Shown in pieces: positions 30,761-40,868 of a DNA stretch of 64,000 nucleotides (positions within the stretch are counted from its first letter, which is position 1; every line of letters begins with the position of its first letter). The DNA is from Nostoc sp. (lineage in GTDB: Bacteria; Cyanobacteriota; Cyanobacteriia; Cyanobacteriales; Nostocaceae). The notes under the pieces were generated by a model. That model was not told where the DNA came from. It saw only the letters and a program-made list of their open reading frames with translations, and did no database searches. The translations under genes were made by a program, and so were the position numbers. The stretch spans positions 64,001-128,000 of the forward strand of contig JBALDB010000053.1 of the NCBI GenBank assembly GCA_036918135.1. Reading direction: 5' to 3'.

Positions 30761-33346
30761 ATGTCAGTGTATCAAGGAAGTTGTGGGGAGACCGCCGATG
30801 TGATTATTGGTGTTCACAACCAAGAAAACCGGGAATTACAAGCGAATTCTACTCCTGTGGGCGCTCTTGCTACAAGACAAGGAACTTTTTCTTCGTTTCT
30901 TGCTCCCTTGACTCAAGATACTTTTAAACAGGTTGTTAAGGATGTCGAGCAAAAATTACAGATTGTCCATCAAACCCTATCAATGCTGGATTCTCACGGG
31001 TTTGAAACTATCTTGCAAGAAATGTTGCATTCGATTACCTTAAAAACCGGGGAATTACTGGGGGCAGACCGAACGACGATATTTTTATTGGATGAAGAAA
31101 AACAAGAACTCTGGTCAATTTTAGCTGAGGGGACAGGCGATCGCTCTTTAGAAATTCGCATCCCCGCTGATAAAGGTATCGGTGGTGAGGTCGCTACTTT
31201 CAAGCAAGTTATCAATATTCCCTTTGATTTTTATAACGACCCGCGATCGCATTTTGCCCAAGAACAAGAAAAAAGAACTGGCTATCGTACTTACACAATG
31301 CTGGCTTTGCCACTGTTAAACGAACACGGGCAATTAGTCGCAGTGGTGCAATTACTGAATAAATTAAAATCTGATAATAATTCCACTGCTCCACTGGCAG
31401 AGCGCATTGATACCAACGGTTTTATCTGTGCTGACGAACAATTATTTCAAGAATTTGCCCCTTCAATTCGACTGATTTTAGAATCATCGCGCTCTTTTTA
31501 TGTAGCTACTCAAAAACAAAGAGCAGTAGCGGCACTGATGAAAGCAATCAAATCGCTTTCTCAAAGCAGTCTCGATTTAGAAGACACCCTCAAGCGGGTG
31601 ATGGATGAAGCCAAGGAATTGATGAATGCCGATCGCAGTACACTATGGTTAATAGACCGCGATCGGCATCAATTGTGGACGAAAATTACTCAAGATGATG
31701 GTTCGACTAAGGAGTTACGCGTCCCCATCGGTAAAGGCTTTGCTGGAATAGTGGCTGCATCCGGCAAGAAGCTAAATATTCCCTTTGATTTATACAACCA
31801 TCCCGACTCGGAAACAGCCAAACAACTCGACCAGCAAAATGGCTATCGCACCTGTAGTTTACTTTGTATGCCAGTATTTAACGCCGACCAAGAATTAATC
31901 GGTGTTACTCAGTTAGTCAATAAAAAGAAATCTGAGGATTTACTGGCTTACGACCCTGCTTCTTGGCCGAAAGCTCCCGAATGCTTCCAAGCTAGTTTTG
32001 ACCGCAATGATGAAGAGTTTATGGAAGCTTTTAATATTCAAGCAGGAGTAGCATTACATAATGCCCAGTTGTTTGCCACAGTCAAGCAACAAGAACAAAT
32101 GCAACGAGACATTCTCCGTAGTCTTTCCAATGGAGTAGTTTCTACTGATAAATCTGGGTTAATTATCGCCGCCAATGAAAGTGCTAAACGTTTGCTGGGG
32201 CTGGAAGCAGAAGACCGTTTAGAAGGTAAATTAGTTGAGGATGTGATCGCCATTAAAGAAAGCGACTTTAGCAAGTGGTGTCAGGATGCTTTACACGGAA
32301 CCGACTGGAAACGTCGCCAGCAGTATTACCCGGATCGCACTCTTTTAAGTGCTGGTATAGAACAGCATAGTATTAATTTATCGATTAATACGATTGCTGA
32401 TGTCAGCGACCACGAGCAAGTCCGGGGAGCGCTGGTGGTGATGGAAGATATCAGTGATGAAAAGCGGCTCAAAAGTACAATGTACCGCTACATGACGCAG
32501 GAATTAGCAGAAGAATTGCTGAAGTTGGATGACGCTAAACTAGGAGGCGATCGCAAAGAAGTTTCAATTTTATTTTCGGATATTCGCGGCTATACCACTT
32601 TGACGGAAAACCTGGAAGCAGAAGAAGTGGTAAGTATGCTCAATGAATATTTTGAATCAATGGTAGAGGCAGTTTTTAAACATAAAGGTACTCTGGACAA
32701 ATACATCGGCGACGCCATTATGGCTGTGTTTGGTTCTCCTTTACCTTTAGAAGAACACGCTTGGATGGCAGTGCAAACATCTTTAGAAATGCGCCAACGC
32801 TTGTACGATTTTAATCAACGCCGCTATGCACTTAATAAGCCGAGAATCAACATTGGCATTGGCATTAATTCCGATACAGTGATTAGTGGAAATATCGGCT
32901 CTAGTAAGCGGATGGAATTTACTGCTATTGGCGATGGTGTTAATCTCGGCTCCCGCTTAGAAAGCGTTAGTAAACAGTATGGTTGCGATATCATTATTAG
33001 CCATAACACTTTTAAACCATGCCAAGAAAATATTTGGGCTAGAGAACTAGATTACATTCGCGTCAAAGGCAGAAATGAGCCAGTATCCATATATGAATTG
33101 GTCGGTTTGCGTTCCAATCCCATTAGTAGCGAGAAACTACAAGTGATTGAGCATTATTATAAAGGACGCGAATATTACCTCAAACGCGATTTTAACCGTG
33201 CGAGAGCTGAATTTGCCTTAGTTTTAGCAGCTGACAACCAAGACAAAGCTGCTATGTTACATCTGTTGCGCTGTCAGCATTGGTTACAAGCACCCCCAAC
33301 AGAGTCAGATTGGGATGAAGGAGTTTGGACATTTCAGGAAAAATAA
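30761..33346 (+). CDS. cyaB2: GAF-GAF-PAS class III adenylate cyclase
   Basis: Two GAF domains, PAS, FSDIRGYT / KYIGD / GDGVNLGSR. GAF region FLAPLTQDTFKQVV resembles Anabaena CyaB2 from memory. Confidence 0.9.
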   Translation: MSVYQGSCGETADVIIGVHNQENRELQANSTPVGALATRQGTFSSFLAPLTQDTFKQVVKDVEQKLQIVHQTLSMLDSHGFETILQEMLHSITLKTGELLGADRTTIFLLDEEKQELWSILAEGTGDRSLEIRIPADKGIGGEVATFKQVINIPFDFYNDPRSHFAQEQEKRTGYRTYTMLALPLLNEHGQLVAVVQLLNKLKSDNNSTAPLAERIDTNGFICADEQLFQEFAPSIRLILESSRSFYVATQKQRAVAALMKAIKSLSQSSLDLEDTLKRVMDEAKELMNADRSTLWLIDRDRHQLWTKITQDDGSTKELRVPIGKGFAGIVAASGKKLNIPFDLYNHPDSETAKQLDQQNGYRTCSLLCMPVFNADQELIGVTQLVNKKKSEDLLAYDPASWPKAPECFQASFDRNDEEFMEAFNIQAGVALHNAQLFATVKQQEQMQRDILRSLSNGVVSTDKSGLIIAANESAKRLLGLEAEDRLEGKLVEDVIAIKESDFSKWCQDALHGTDWKRRQQYYPDRTLLSAGIEQHSINLSINTIADVSDHEQVRGALVVMEDISDEKRLKSTMYRYMTQELAEELLKLDDAKLGGDRKEVSILFSDIRGYTTLTENLEAEEVVSMLNEYFESMVEAVFKHKGTLDKYIGDAIMAVFGSPLPLEEHAWMAVQTSLEMRQRLYDFNQRRYALNKPRINIGIGINSDTVISGNIGSSKRMEFTAIGDGVNLGSRLESVSKQYGCDIIISHNTFKPCQENIWARELDYIRVKGRNEPVSIYELVGLRSNPISSEKLQVIEHYYKGREYYLKRDFNRARAEFALVLAADNQDKAAMLHLLRCQHWLQAPPTESDWDEGVWTFQEK

Positions 33347-33565
33347 ATTCAGTGTTTCTAACAACTCAGGTCTATTTAAATTACTTTTAAAGCTTTTTAA
33401 TATTTCTTAATTCTGTTTTAACAAAATTATGATTAAGCGAAGATTTAAAAGCGATCGCCCTTTATATTGGCAACCTTGGGGACTAATGTAAAGGTTAATT
33501 GATATTTGTTGTCAAACTAACTGTTGAAGTTAGAAACTAAGAATACAACACAAGGCAATTATTTT

Positions 33566-34057
33566 ATGACTGCTATTTCTAAAGTTGCATTCAGACGGCC
33601 AATTTGGCAAACCGCTATCATCTTGACTTTGGGCTTTTGGCTCAGTGCAAGTCTACTTTTAGATTGGGTAATTATGCCTAGTCTTTATCTTTCTGGAATG
33701 ATGAACGGAAGTGGTTTTACTACAGCAGGTTATACGATTTTTTGGAATTTTAATCGTATGGAATTACTATCTGCTGCTGTAGTACTAACGGGAGCGCTGG
33801 TTTTGAGTAAAACCCAATTTCAAAGGGGTATTGGCAGTATTGTTCTATCTGTGATACTGCTGAGTATAGCCCTGCTTGACACCTATTTCATGACTCCGCA
33901 AATGTGCGCGATCGGAATTCAACTCAACCTATTTGAAGCTGTTGCTGCTATTCCATCGACAATGAATTTACTACACAGTGGTTATTGGCTACTAGAACTA
34001 ATTAAGCTGACGGCAGGTGGCGTACTTTTAACTTGGTACTGGCAGGAGCAAGTTTAA
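33566..34057 (+). CDS. DUF4149-like membrane protein
   Basis: Four hydrophobic segments, VIMPSL and FWNFNR motifs; likely ATG at 33566. Confidence 0.75.
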   Translation: MTAISKVAFRRPIWQTAIILTLGFWLSASLLLDWVIMPSLYLSGMMNGSGFTTAGYTIFWNFNRMELLSAAVVLTGALVLSKTQFQRGIGSIVLSVILLSIALLDTYFMTPQMCAIGIQLNLFEAVAAIPSTMNLLHSGYWLLELIKLTAGGVLLTWYWQEQV

Positions 34058-34104
34058 GTTGATTAAGTAAAAGGACGAGGATTTCCACTTTTAAATCTCA
34101 TATT

Positions 34105-34135
34105 AAAGACGTGAAGAGTTTCTTTGCGTCTTTTT
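34105..34135 (+). terminator. Rho-independent terminator
   Basis: AAAGACGTGAAGA-GTT-TCTTTGCGTCTTTTT. Confidence 0.7.
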
Positions 34136-34604
34136 GCTACATCCACTTTGGATGGTCAAATTCACAGAGATTAAATTTTTATTACAAATTCTCAATTCTA
34201 ATTTTGGAATGTGTCGATCCGAATTAACATTTACTGTGCAGTTTCAGCCTTTCCGGACATCCGCACAAATAAACATTTATGAAAATTGTCTGGAAGAGGC
34301 TATAAATTAATTTTCATATTTTCTTTACTTATTTTTCATCAAGTTTATATATTTCTGCTATTTTTGTTGAAAAATTATAGTAACCTAAATTTTAGTGAGT
34401 ACATTACTTGCAATCTACCATCTAGCTAAAAATTGCTATTTTTCAGGTATGTACCAAAATTCGAGAATTTCGCTTGCTCAAAATTGTCTAGGGTGACTAT
34501 TTATCCCCACACAACACTAGAACCCGTTTCCAGTAATTATGAAGAGATTCCCTTCTGCTGAGTCAGTCGCCTGTGCATCTCACTACACACTATCCTGGCG
34601 TCAA

Positions 34605-34726
34605 TAGACTTCTTGCATAAATTAAAAAAAGAACCCCAAAGAACCTTTGACAAAAGTCAAAGTCTCCCCTCTTTGCTTGCGGGGAGGGAGGGGGTAGAGT
34701 ATTAGGGGACTTTTGCAAGGGGTCTA
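34605..34726. mobile_element. MITE, long copy (122 bp)
   Basis: TIRs TAGACTTCTTGCATAA / TTTTGCAAGGGGTCTA; second copy at 56266-56357. Confidence 0.75.
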
Positions 34727-35341
34727 ATCATCAGCCAACTCATTTTTTACTCGCCAGTGACCCTTGTTGTTCCCTACGCAGAGAAGTTTTACAATCGCAA
34801 ATTTAAGTAAGATACCGAACTTTTTTGATACTGAGTTATAAAATATGCTTGGCTTGAAACAAGTTCACCTCAAGAATAAACCTCCAGTAAAAGTGAATGC
34901 ACACGAATTATTCAGGTTTTTCTTTTGTAAGTTATTACTTGTAATTTTGGCTGTAAAATACGGATAACAGTGATACTTTTGCAACTGATGGGCGAGAGCC
35001 AATGGTCTGTGCGTCGCACTTGAGTTACTGTTAGATTGGCTAAATTAGCGAAAGATACAGAAAGTCAATCTGATTTTTGAAATACTATTTCCTGACAATA
35101 GTCGGGTAATTTTGCTATTGGGTAATAGCATCGATATCGATTGATTTTAGTTGTATTCGTGCATTATAACTTAGCAGAGATTGAAGAATTACCAGTTGGG
35201 GGGTGTGGAATCTCTGTACTAACTAAAATGTGACCGCTATATTTATCTGAACAGTGCTTCTAATTAATGCCGCTGTGAATTCCCAAAAGGAAATTCACTA
35301 ATTTCGCTTGCAAATATTAATTTTATTGCAGAACCATCCCA

Positions 35342-36448
35342 ATGAAGACACTTCCGATTAGTAGATACAGATTTTTCCAAAAGCTCCAGCCTCTATCTCT
35401 ATTAAAAAAAATCACGAGTAAGTCCGTTACTGGTTGTTTGCAAGTATTTAGTACCTCTGGTTCTTGGTCAATATATGTAGACGAGGGGAAACTGATCTAT
35501 GCCTGCTACTCAGAGAAAATGTTTGAGCCACTTTATAGAAATTTGCAACGCTTGAGCCAGCAAATTTCTACTCTCCCTCGCGGAATTCACGAACAACTGC
35601 GGGCAATATTTGAAACTGGTATTGAGAATCAATCAATACCGAATCCAGATTATCTAGCTATTTGCTGGTTAGTAAATCAGAAATATATTAGTTCGTCTCA
35701 AGCAGCGATTTTGATAGAAGAGTTAGCACTAGAAGTTTTGGAGTCGTTTCTGAGCTTAGAGCAGGGAAGTTATGAATTTATTCCCGAAGGCTTTTTGGAT
35801 GATATGCCTAAGTTTTGTCATCTGAATCTTCGTTTATTAGTCGAACGATGTCTAACACCCAGAAGTGAGGCAGAACATTTTCCCGTAAGGATAGCAGCTA
35901 GTCAGCAAACATCACCATTGCCAGTGCAACCCTCACAATTTTTATCCAAAAATCAGCCACAACCTCAACTCAAAACTGTACACAAGTTACCTAGACCATA
36001 CAACGGCAATAAACCAGCGACATACGTTATCAATACTACTGATAGGACGAGTCAGCAAGTTGTACAACCCCCGACTGACAAAAAAATTTACACAATCTTC
36101 TGTATTGATGATAGTCCTATGGTATTGAATACTATTAAAAATTATTTAGATGAGCAAACCTTTTGTGTTATCGGAGTCACCGATTCTTTCAAAGCTTTAA
36201 TGCAGATTATCTCCACAAAACCAGACATAATTTTCTTGGATATCTCCATGCCTAATTTAGATGGATACGAACTCTGCTCTTTGCTGCGTAAACACTCACA
36301 TTTTAAAAATACACCTGTGATTATGGTGTCGGCAAAATCAGGTTTGTTAGATAAAGCTAAAGCTAAAATAGTCGGGGCATCAGGCTATTTAACTAAACCT
36401 TTTAACCAAGGAGATTTACTAAAAGTAATATTTAAGCATATTGTTTAA
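35342..36448 (+). CDS. patA: Heterocyst pattern regulator PatA (PATAN plus receiver domain)
   Basis: N-terminus MKTLPISRYRFFQKLQPLSLLKK matches Anabaena PatA from memory; C-terminal receiver CIDDS / LDISMP / TKP. Confidence 0.88.
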   Translation: MKTLPISRYRFFQKLQPLSLLKKITSKSVTGCLQVFSTSGSWSIYVDEGKLIYACYSEKMFEPLYRNLQRLSQQISTLPRGIHEQLRAIFETGIENQSIPNPDYLAICWLVNQKYISSSQAAILIEELALEVLESFLSLEQGSYEFIPEGFLDDMPKFCHLNLRLLVERCLTPRSEAEHFPVRIAASQQTSPLPVQPSQFLSKNQPQPQLKTVHKLPRPYNGNKPATYVINTTDRTSQQVVQPPTDKKIYTIFCIDDSPMVLNTIKNYLDEQTFCVIGVTDSFKALMQIISTKPDIIFLDISMPNLDGYELCSLLRKHSHFKNTPVIMVSAKSGLLDKAKAKIVGASGYLTKPFNQGDLLKVIFKHIV

Positions 36449-36503
36449 TTCTTTTATATAAAATAACTACACTTAACTAACATATTGTTTTGGAGATTGA
36501 AGG

Positions 36504-36884
36504 TTGAGTATTACCTGGATAGCTACTATTCTGGTTATAGGAGATTCTCGGCAGGAATTAGAATTAATTAGTTATTATTTGAGAGATAAAGGTTACAATA
36601 TCGTAAAAGCAACTAGTGCTAAAGAAGCTCTAGAAATAGTTTTAGAAGAAAAGCCAGATGTAATTGTTACTGATGTAGTCATGCCTGGGATGAGTGGATT
36701 TGAATTATGTCGCTTCTTAAAAACAAATCCAACTAATCAAAAAAGACCTATTGTGATTTGTAGCAGTAAAAATCAGGCAATTCACAGATTGTGGGCAAAG
36801 AAGCAAGGTGCTGATGCTTATATAATTAAGCCATATACCCTTGAAGAGTTACTGAGTACTATTCAATCAGTTAAAATTTGCTAA
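36504..36884 (+). CDS. Single-domain CheY/PilH-like response regulator
   Basis: VTDVVMPGMSGFELCR, CSSK and KPY motifs; TTG start after GGAG. Confidence 0.88.
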   Translation: MSITWIATILVIGDSRQELELISYYLRDKGYNIVKATSAKEALEIVLEEKPDVIVTDVVMPGMSGFELCRFLKTNPTNQKRPIVICSSKNQAIHRLWAKKQGADAYIIKPYTLEELLSTIQSVKIC

Positions 36885-37201
36885 CAGCTACTTTAGAGCG
36901 TAATTACGAATTACGAACTATTCGGTCAGATGTTGCCAATATTCAAGATATTGACGTTGATGTTAGCCAATAGAAATAACAGGTGGCGACCAAGTATAAA
37001 AGCGCAGAGTTGGAGGATGCTGGTGTTATTGTTGCAACCAGCGGGAAAATGCCAGCCGCTTCTAGCAAAGGAATTAGTCGCCACACTTTAGAGTTCAAAA
37101 GTTAAAAGTTAGGAGTTAGGAGTTGCGACTTAGGCTGACCTGAACTTATCCCAAGGAGAAACGCCAAAGGCGAACGGTAACTCATAACTAAACTAAAACG
37201 A

Positions 37202-37681
37202 TTAAGCTGCCCCAAATTCAGATTGTAAAGCTTCATCGTTGTTATCAGCGATCGTTGCCACAATAGTGATTAACCGAGAGACTTCGCCTGGAGATAACTC
37301 CGCTAAAGTGCGTGTAGATATCACAACCACCCGATTTTCAATAATACCGAAACGCGCTTCAAAAGTACTAGAGCAGTTTAATTCTAAAAGATGCCGCATT
37401 AACTTAGGTTCATCTTTGGCAGGTAAATCTAGCACTGCAGACCAGACCGTTATCGTATCTTCATCGGTTTTCCCAGTGAGTTGGACAAATACTTCCACAC
37501 TCCCGTATTTAAACTTCCAGAGAGAACCACCCTCTGGCGTGTGGTTAACCATTGCACTGTCATCTTGTTCTAGGCTGTCGATGACATTTTCAATTACCTC
37601 CAGATGGTTGATACCTGTCGTCTCGGCGATTAAATCATTAAAGGATTCGTCACTAATTGGGGTTTCTTGGTAGCTTGTCAT
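37202..37681 (-). CDS. YbjN-domain protein
   Basis: WKFKYGSVEVFV and LMRHLLELN motifs. Confidence 0.8.
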   Translation of the reverse strand: MTSYQETPISDESFNDLIAETTGINHLEVIENVIDSLEQDDSAMVNHTPEGGSLWKFKYGSVEVFVQLTGKTDEDTITVWSAVLDLPAKDEPKLMRHLLELNCSSTFEARFGIIENRVVVISTRTLAELSPGEVSRLITIVATIADNNDEALQSEFGAA

Positions 37682-37914
37682 ACAGATTTTTTTCTCAATT
37701 TACTCACTGTTTTATCTACACATACTTTATAGCTTGTTGCCAAGCTTAGTTTGAGCTTCCTGAAATGATAGTCTGGTCATCAGTCATACCAAATCAAGTA
37801 GTTCTAAATAAATACAGTCAAAAAATTACTTTAATTAATGTCTGTGACTATACCTGAATTCAAGAAAGGGTATAGCACATTTAAAGTCTAACGCCAAAGA
37901 AGATGTGCAAACTT

Positions 37915-38165
37915 ATGATTTTTCTCTCCGAAACCATGCAAAATCGTGATGTCCGTCGATTGGGTATTAACCCCAATTACTACTATGTAGTTGCACGTAG
38001 TAGTTAAGTAATAAATAAGTCTGTGAGTATGGTACTTTGGAACAGCAAGCCTATTTGCATAATTCCCAAAGGCGGAATTATGAATTGAATCAGGCGTTAG
38101 TGAGTGTGCAAAAGTTGATGAAGAGTCAGGTCAAGAAGCGCAAAAGAAATCTCTGAATATTAGTT
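37915..38165 (+). pseudogene. Remnant of a Rieske oxygenase gene
   Basis: MIFLSETMQNRDVRRLGINPNYYYVVARSS*VINKSVSMVLW resembles a Rieske oxygenase N-terminus; the core is missing. Confidence 0.5.
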
Positions 38166-38247
38166 AGGTAAAGCGATCGCCTCCTCATTCACTACATATC
38201 CAAAATGCTAGAATCGCCCTAGCACAGATGCTCTGGCAGGAGGTAAC

Positions 38248-38502
38248 GTGGAAAAAATAGAACTGCAAATTGACCAAAAAACCCTTGAGAAAGCACGCGC
38301 TTTGGCAAAGTTGCGCCATTGTGACTTGTCACAAGTGATTGCTTATGCAATTGAACAGCTACCAGTGGTTGAACCACCAAAAGACCGTTTGTTAGGATTA
38401 TTTGCTGACGATCCTGACTCAGTAGATCAGATGCTAGAACAGGTAATGAAGGATCGGGCAGCACATCCGCTAAATCAACGCTTTGGACAAAGTACTTATT
38501 GA
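38248..38502 (+). CDS. Putative antitoxin
   Basis: Small ORF overlapping the PIN gene; RHH-like N-terminus and acidic LLGLFADD tail. Confidence 0.7.
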   Translation: MEKIELQIDQKTLEKARALAKLRHCDLSQVIAYAIEQLPVVEPPKDRLLGLFADDPDSVDQMLEQVMKDRAAHPLNQRFGQSTY

Positions 38503-38902
38503 CACTGATATTTTTTCTGAGATTCTCAAGGGAATCAATCAGCGTGTTGCAGGAAGGGCTTCCGCCTATCATGCTAACTTTGGTTACTATACCGTCTGCA
38601 CTATCACAGTTTTAGAGATTGTTAAAGGCTGGCATAAGCGCCAACAGGAAAATAAGATTCAACAGTTTTTTATTGAAATTATCGAGGCACAGGTATTAAC
38701 ACTAGAACTTAGTGATGCTAAGTTGGCAGGACGCATTTATGCAGATTTGGAACGCACAGGGCAACCAATAGGACTTGCTGATGCTATTATTGCTGCCATC
38801 GCAATCCAACAAAACTTAACTTTAGTCAGCGGCAATTTATCCTATTATCAGTGGATTCAAGCATTAGGCTACAACTTGAAGCTGGATAATTGGCGAATAT
38901 AA
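38483..38902 (+). CDS. vapC: PIN-domain (VapC) toxin
   Basis: LIDTDI, E, DAIIAAIA and LVSGN motifs. Confidence 0.88.
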   Translation: MDKVLIDTDIFSEILKGINQRVAGRASAYHANFGYYTVCTITVLEIVKGWHKRQQENKIQQFFIEIIEAQVLTLELSDAKLAGRIYADLERTGQPIGLADAIIAAIAIQQNLTLVSGNLSYYQWIQALGYNLKLDNWRI

Positions 38903-38967
38903 ATGCTCTTTTCTTAAGGACAGTGGAAAATAAAGATAAGTAAGAACGATTCTGGGCGCCATCCTCC

Positions 38968-40113
38968 ATGAGTTATTGCCTTAATCCCCGTTGTCCGAAG
39001 CCTGAAAATTCTAGTAATGTCAATTTTTGCTTGACTTGCGGTTCTAAGTTACTTCTCAAAGAGCGATACCGTGCTATTAAACCAATAGGTCAAGGTGGTT
39101 TTGGCAGAACTTTTTTAGCTGTGGATGAAGATAAACCATCAAAACCGCGCTGTGTAATTAAACAATTTTATCCCCAAGCCCAAGGCACTAATACCGTACA
39201 AAAAGCTGTGGAGTTATTCAACCAAGAAGCCGTACAGTTAGATGAATTGGGCAAGCATCCGCAAATTCCTGAACTATTGGCATATTTTACCCAGGAAGAC
39301 CGCCAATATCTCGTACAAGAATTTATTAATGGGCAAAATTTAGCTCAGGAACTCGCACATAAAGGTGCTTTTAGTGAAGCACAAATCTGGCAATTACTCA
39401 ATGATTTATTACCAGTATTGCAATTTTGTCACGCTAGGCAAGTGATTCACCGCGATATTAAACCAGAAAATATTATTTTACGTGGCGGTGATGGCAAATT
39501 AGTTTTAGTAGATTTTGGTGCTTCTAAATCTGCTACTGGCACTGCCTTAAATAGAACTGGTACTAGTATTGGTAGTCCCGAATATGTCGCCCCCGAACAA
39601 ATGCGAGGTAGGGCTATTTTCGCCAGTGATATTTATAGTTTGGGTGCTACTTGTATTAACTTATTAACCAGGCGATCGCCTTTCGATTCCTATGATACCA
39701 ATAACGATACTTGGATTTGGCAAAAATACTTAAAAACTCCTGTTAGTAATGCATTAAGTCTCATTCTCAATAAGATGTTAGAAAGCATTCCAATGCGGCG
39801 TTATCAAACAGTAGATGATGTTTTAAAAGACTTAAACAAATACTCACAACCAGCTATACCAGCTAATACAGTAAAACCTGTTCCTCAATCTACGCCTAAT
39901 TCCACACTTCCTTTGGTCACCCAATCTCCTAGTCAAATCGATTTAGAATTAGAGCAAATAAAAACCCAATTTTTAAGTAGTAATAAACCTCAATCAAATA
40001 AAATCCAACCAGCAAGTTCAACACCTCAACCTTCGAGTAAAAGTCAAATAGACCGAGAATTAGAAGAACTAAAAGCTAAATATCTCGGGAATAATAACAT
40101 ACCAAATCAATGA
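38968..40113 (+). CDS. Ser/Thr protein kinase with N-terminal zinc ribbon
   Basis: CLNPRC/CLTCG, GQGGFG, HRDIKPEN, DFG and APE motifs. Confidence 0.95.
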   Translation: MSYCLNPRCPKPENSSNVNFCLTCGSKLLLKERYRAIKPIGQGGFGRTFLAVDEDKPSKPRCVIKQFYPQAQGTNTVQKAVELFNQEAVQLDELGKHPQIPELLAYFTQEDRQYLVQEFINGQNLAQELAHKGAFSEAQIWQLLNDLLPVLQFCHARQVIHRDIKPENIILRGGDGKLVLVDFGASKSATGTALNRTGTSIGSPEYVAPEQMRGRAIFASDIYSLGATCINLLTRRSPFDSYDTNNDTWIWQKYLKTPVSNALSLILNKMLESIPMRRYQTVDDVLKDLNKYSQPAIPANTVKPVPQSTPNSTLPLVTQSPSQIDLELEQIKTQFLSSNKPQSNKIQPASSTPQPSSKSQIDRELEELKAKYLGNNNIPNQ

Positions 40114-40170
40114 AAAAATCTTATAAAATACACAGTCATCAACTTCAAACGGAATAATTTACGGCTATAA

Positions 40171-40788
40171 TTAAGATTGAGTGAGAATTCCTACAAGGAC
40201 TCTAACTAATTCTTCCAAACCTTCAGGTACACGATAAAGTTTGATATCCTGCACGACTCGTTTATCTTCTCGATAGAATATTCCAAATCGCCAATCTTCT
40301 CCATTTGTGACTGCACCGTACAAAATTGGTGTTTGAGAATCTGTCCATTGAGCAAGTGCAATCAATTCAACTGCAAGTTGGGTAAATCCTCGGCTTAAAT
40401 CTGATTGCTTAGCTTCAACTACTAGTAATGAATTGGACGATGAAATATAATAATCAAAACTTCCTTTTAATTGTTCGCTAATATTGATAGGATACTCAAT
40501 ATTCAATTGAGTTTGTGTTTGGTCGCAAACCTCTAATAGAATAGGAGCAATTAAAACTTCACGTTTCGCTGCTTCACTAATTGGGTTAACGCGTATTATA
40601 TTTCGCTGTAGATAACGCTGTAAAAAGTCTAAATAATCAACTGTATTTGAATATGTTGGTAGTTGTAATGATGCACGTTCGTAACTACATCCCAATTCCG
40701 CTAAAATATCCGCTGGAGCATAGGGTAATTCAAAATACTTACTAAATGTATAACTTTGACCGGGTTGAAGAATGCGCGGACGACTCAT
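40171..40788 (-). CDS. PD-(D/E)xK-like hypothetical protein
   Basis: SEAAKRE, GSFDY, VVEAK and YGAVTNGEDWRF motifs. Confidence 0.75.
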   Translation of the reverse strand: MSRPRILQPGQSYTFSKYFELPYAPADILAELGCSYERASLQLPTYSNTVDYLDFLQRYLQRNIIRVNPISEAAKREVLIAPILLEVCDQTQTQLNIEYPINISEQLKGSFDYYISSSNSLLVVEAKQSDLSRGFTQLAVELIALAQWTDSQTPILYGAVTNGEDWRFGIFYREDKRVVQDIKLYRVPEGLEELVRVLVGILTQS

Positions 40789-40868
40789 ATAGTACTGATT
40801 AATAATTTCTAATTAAGACACATTTTCAGACAAAAAATTAACGTGGTTATTAACTCTTAGGAAGACAA

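Noticed and set aside
34925..34975. NtcA box upstream of patA
   Set aside because: GTA/TAC half-sites are present but not at GTA-N8-TAC spacing.
36926..37092. Possible gene fragment after the CheY-like gene
   Set aside because: It looks coding-like but has stops, and I cannot assign it to any family.
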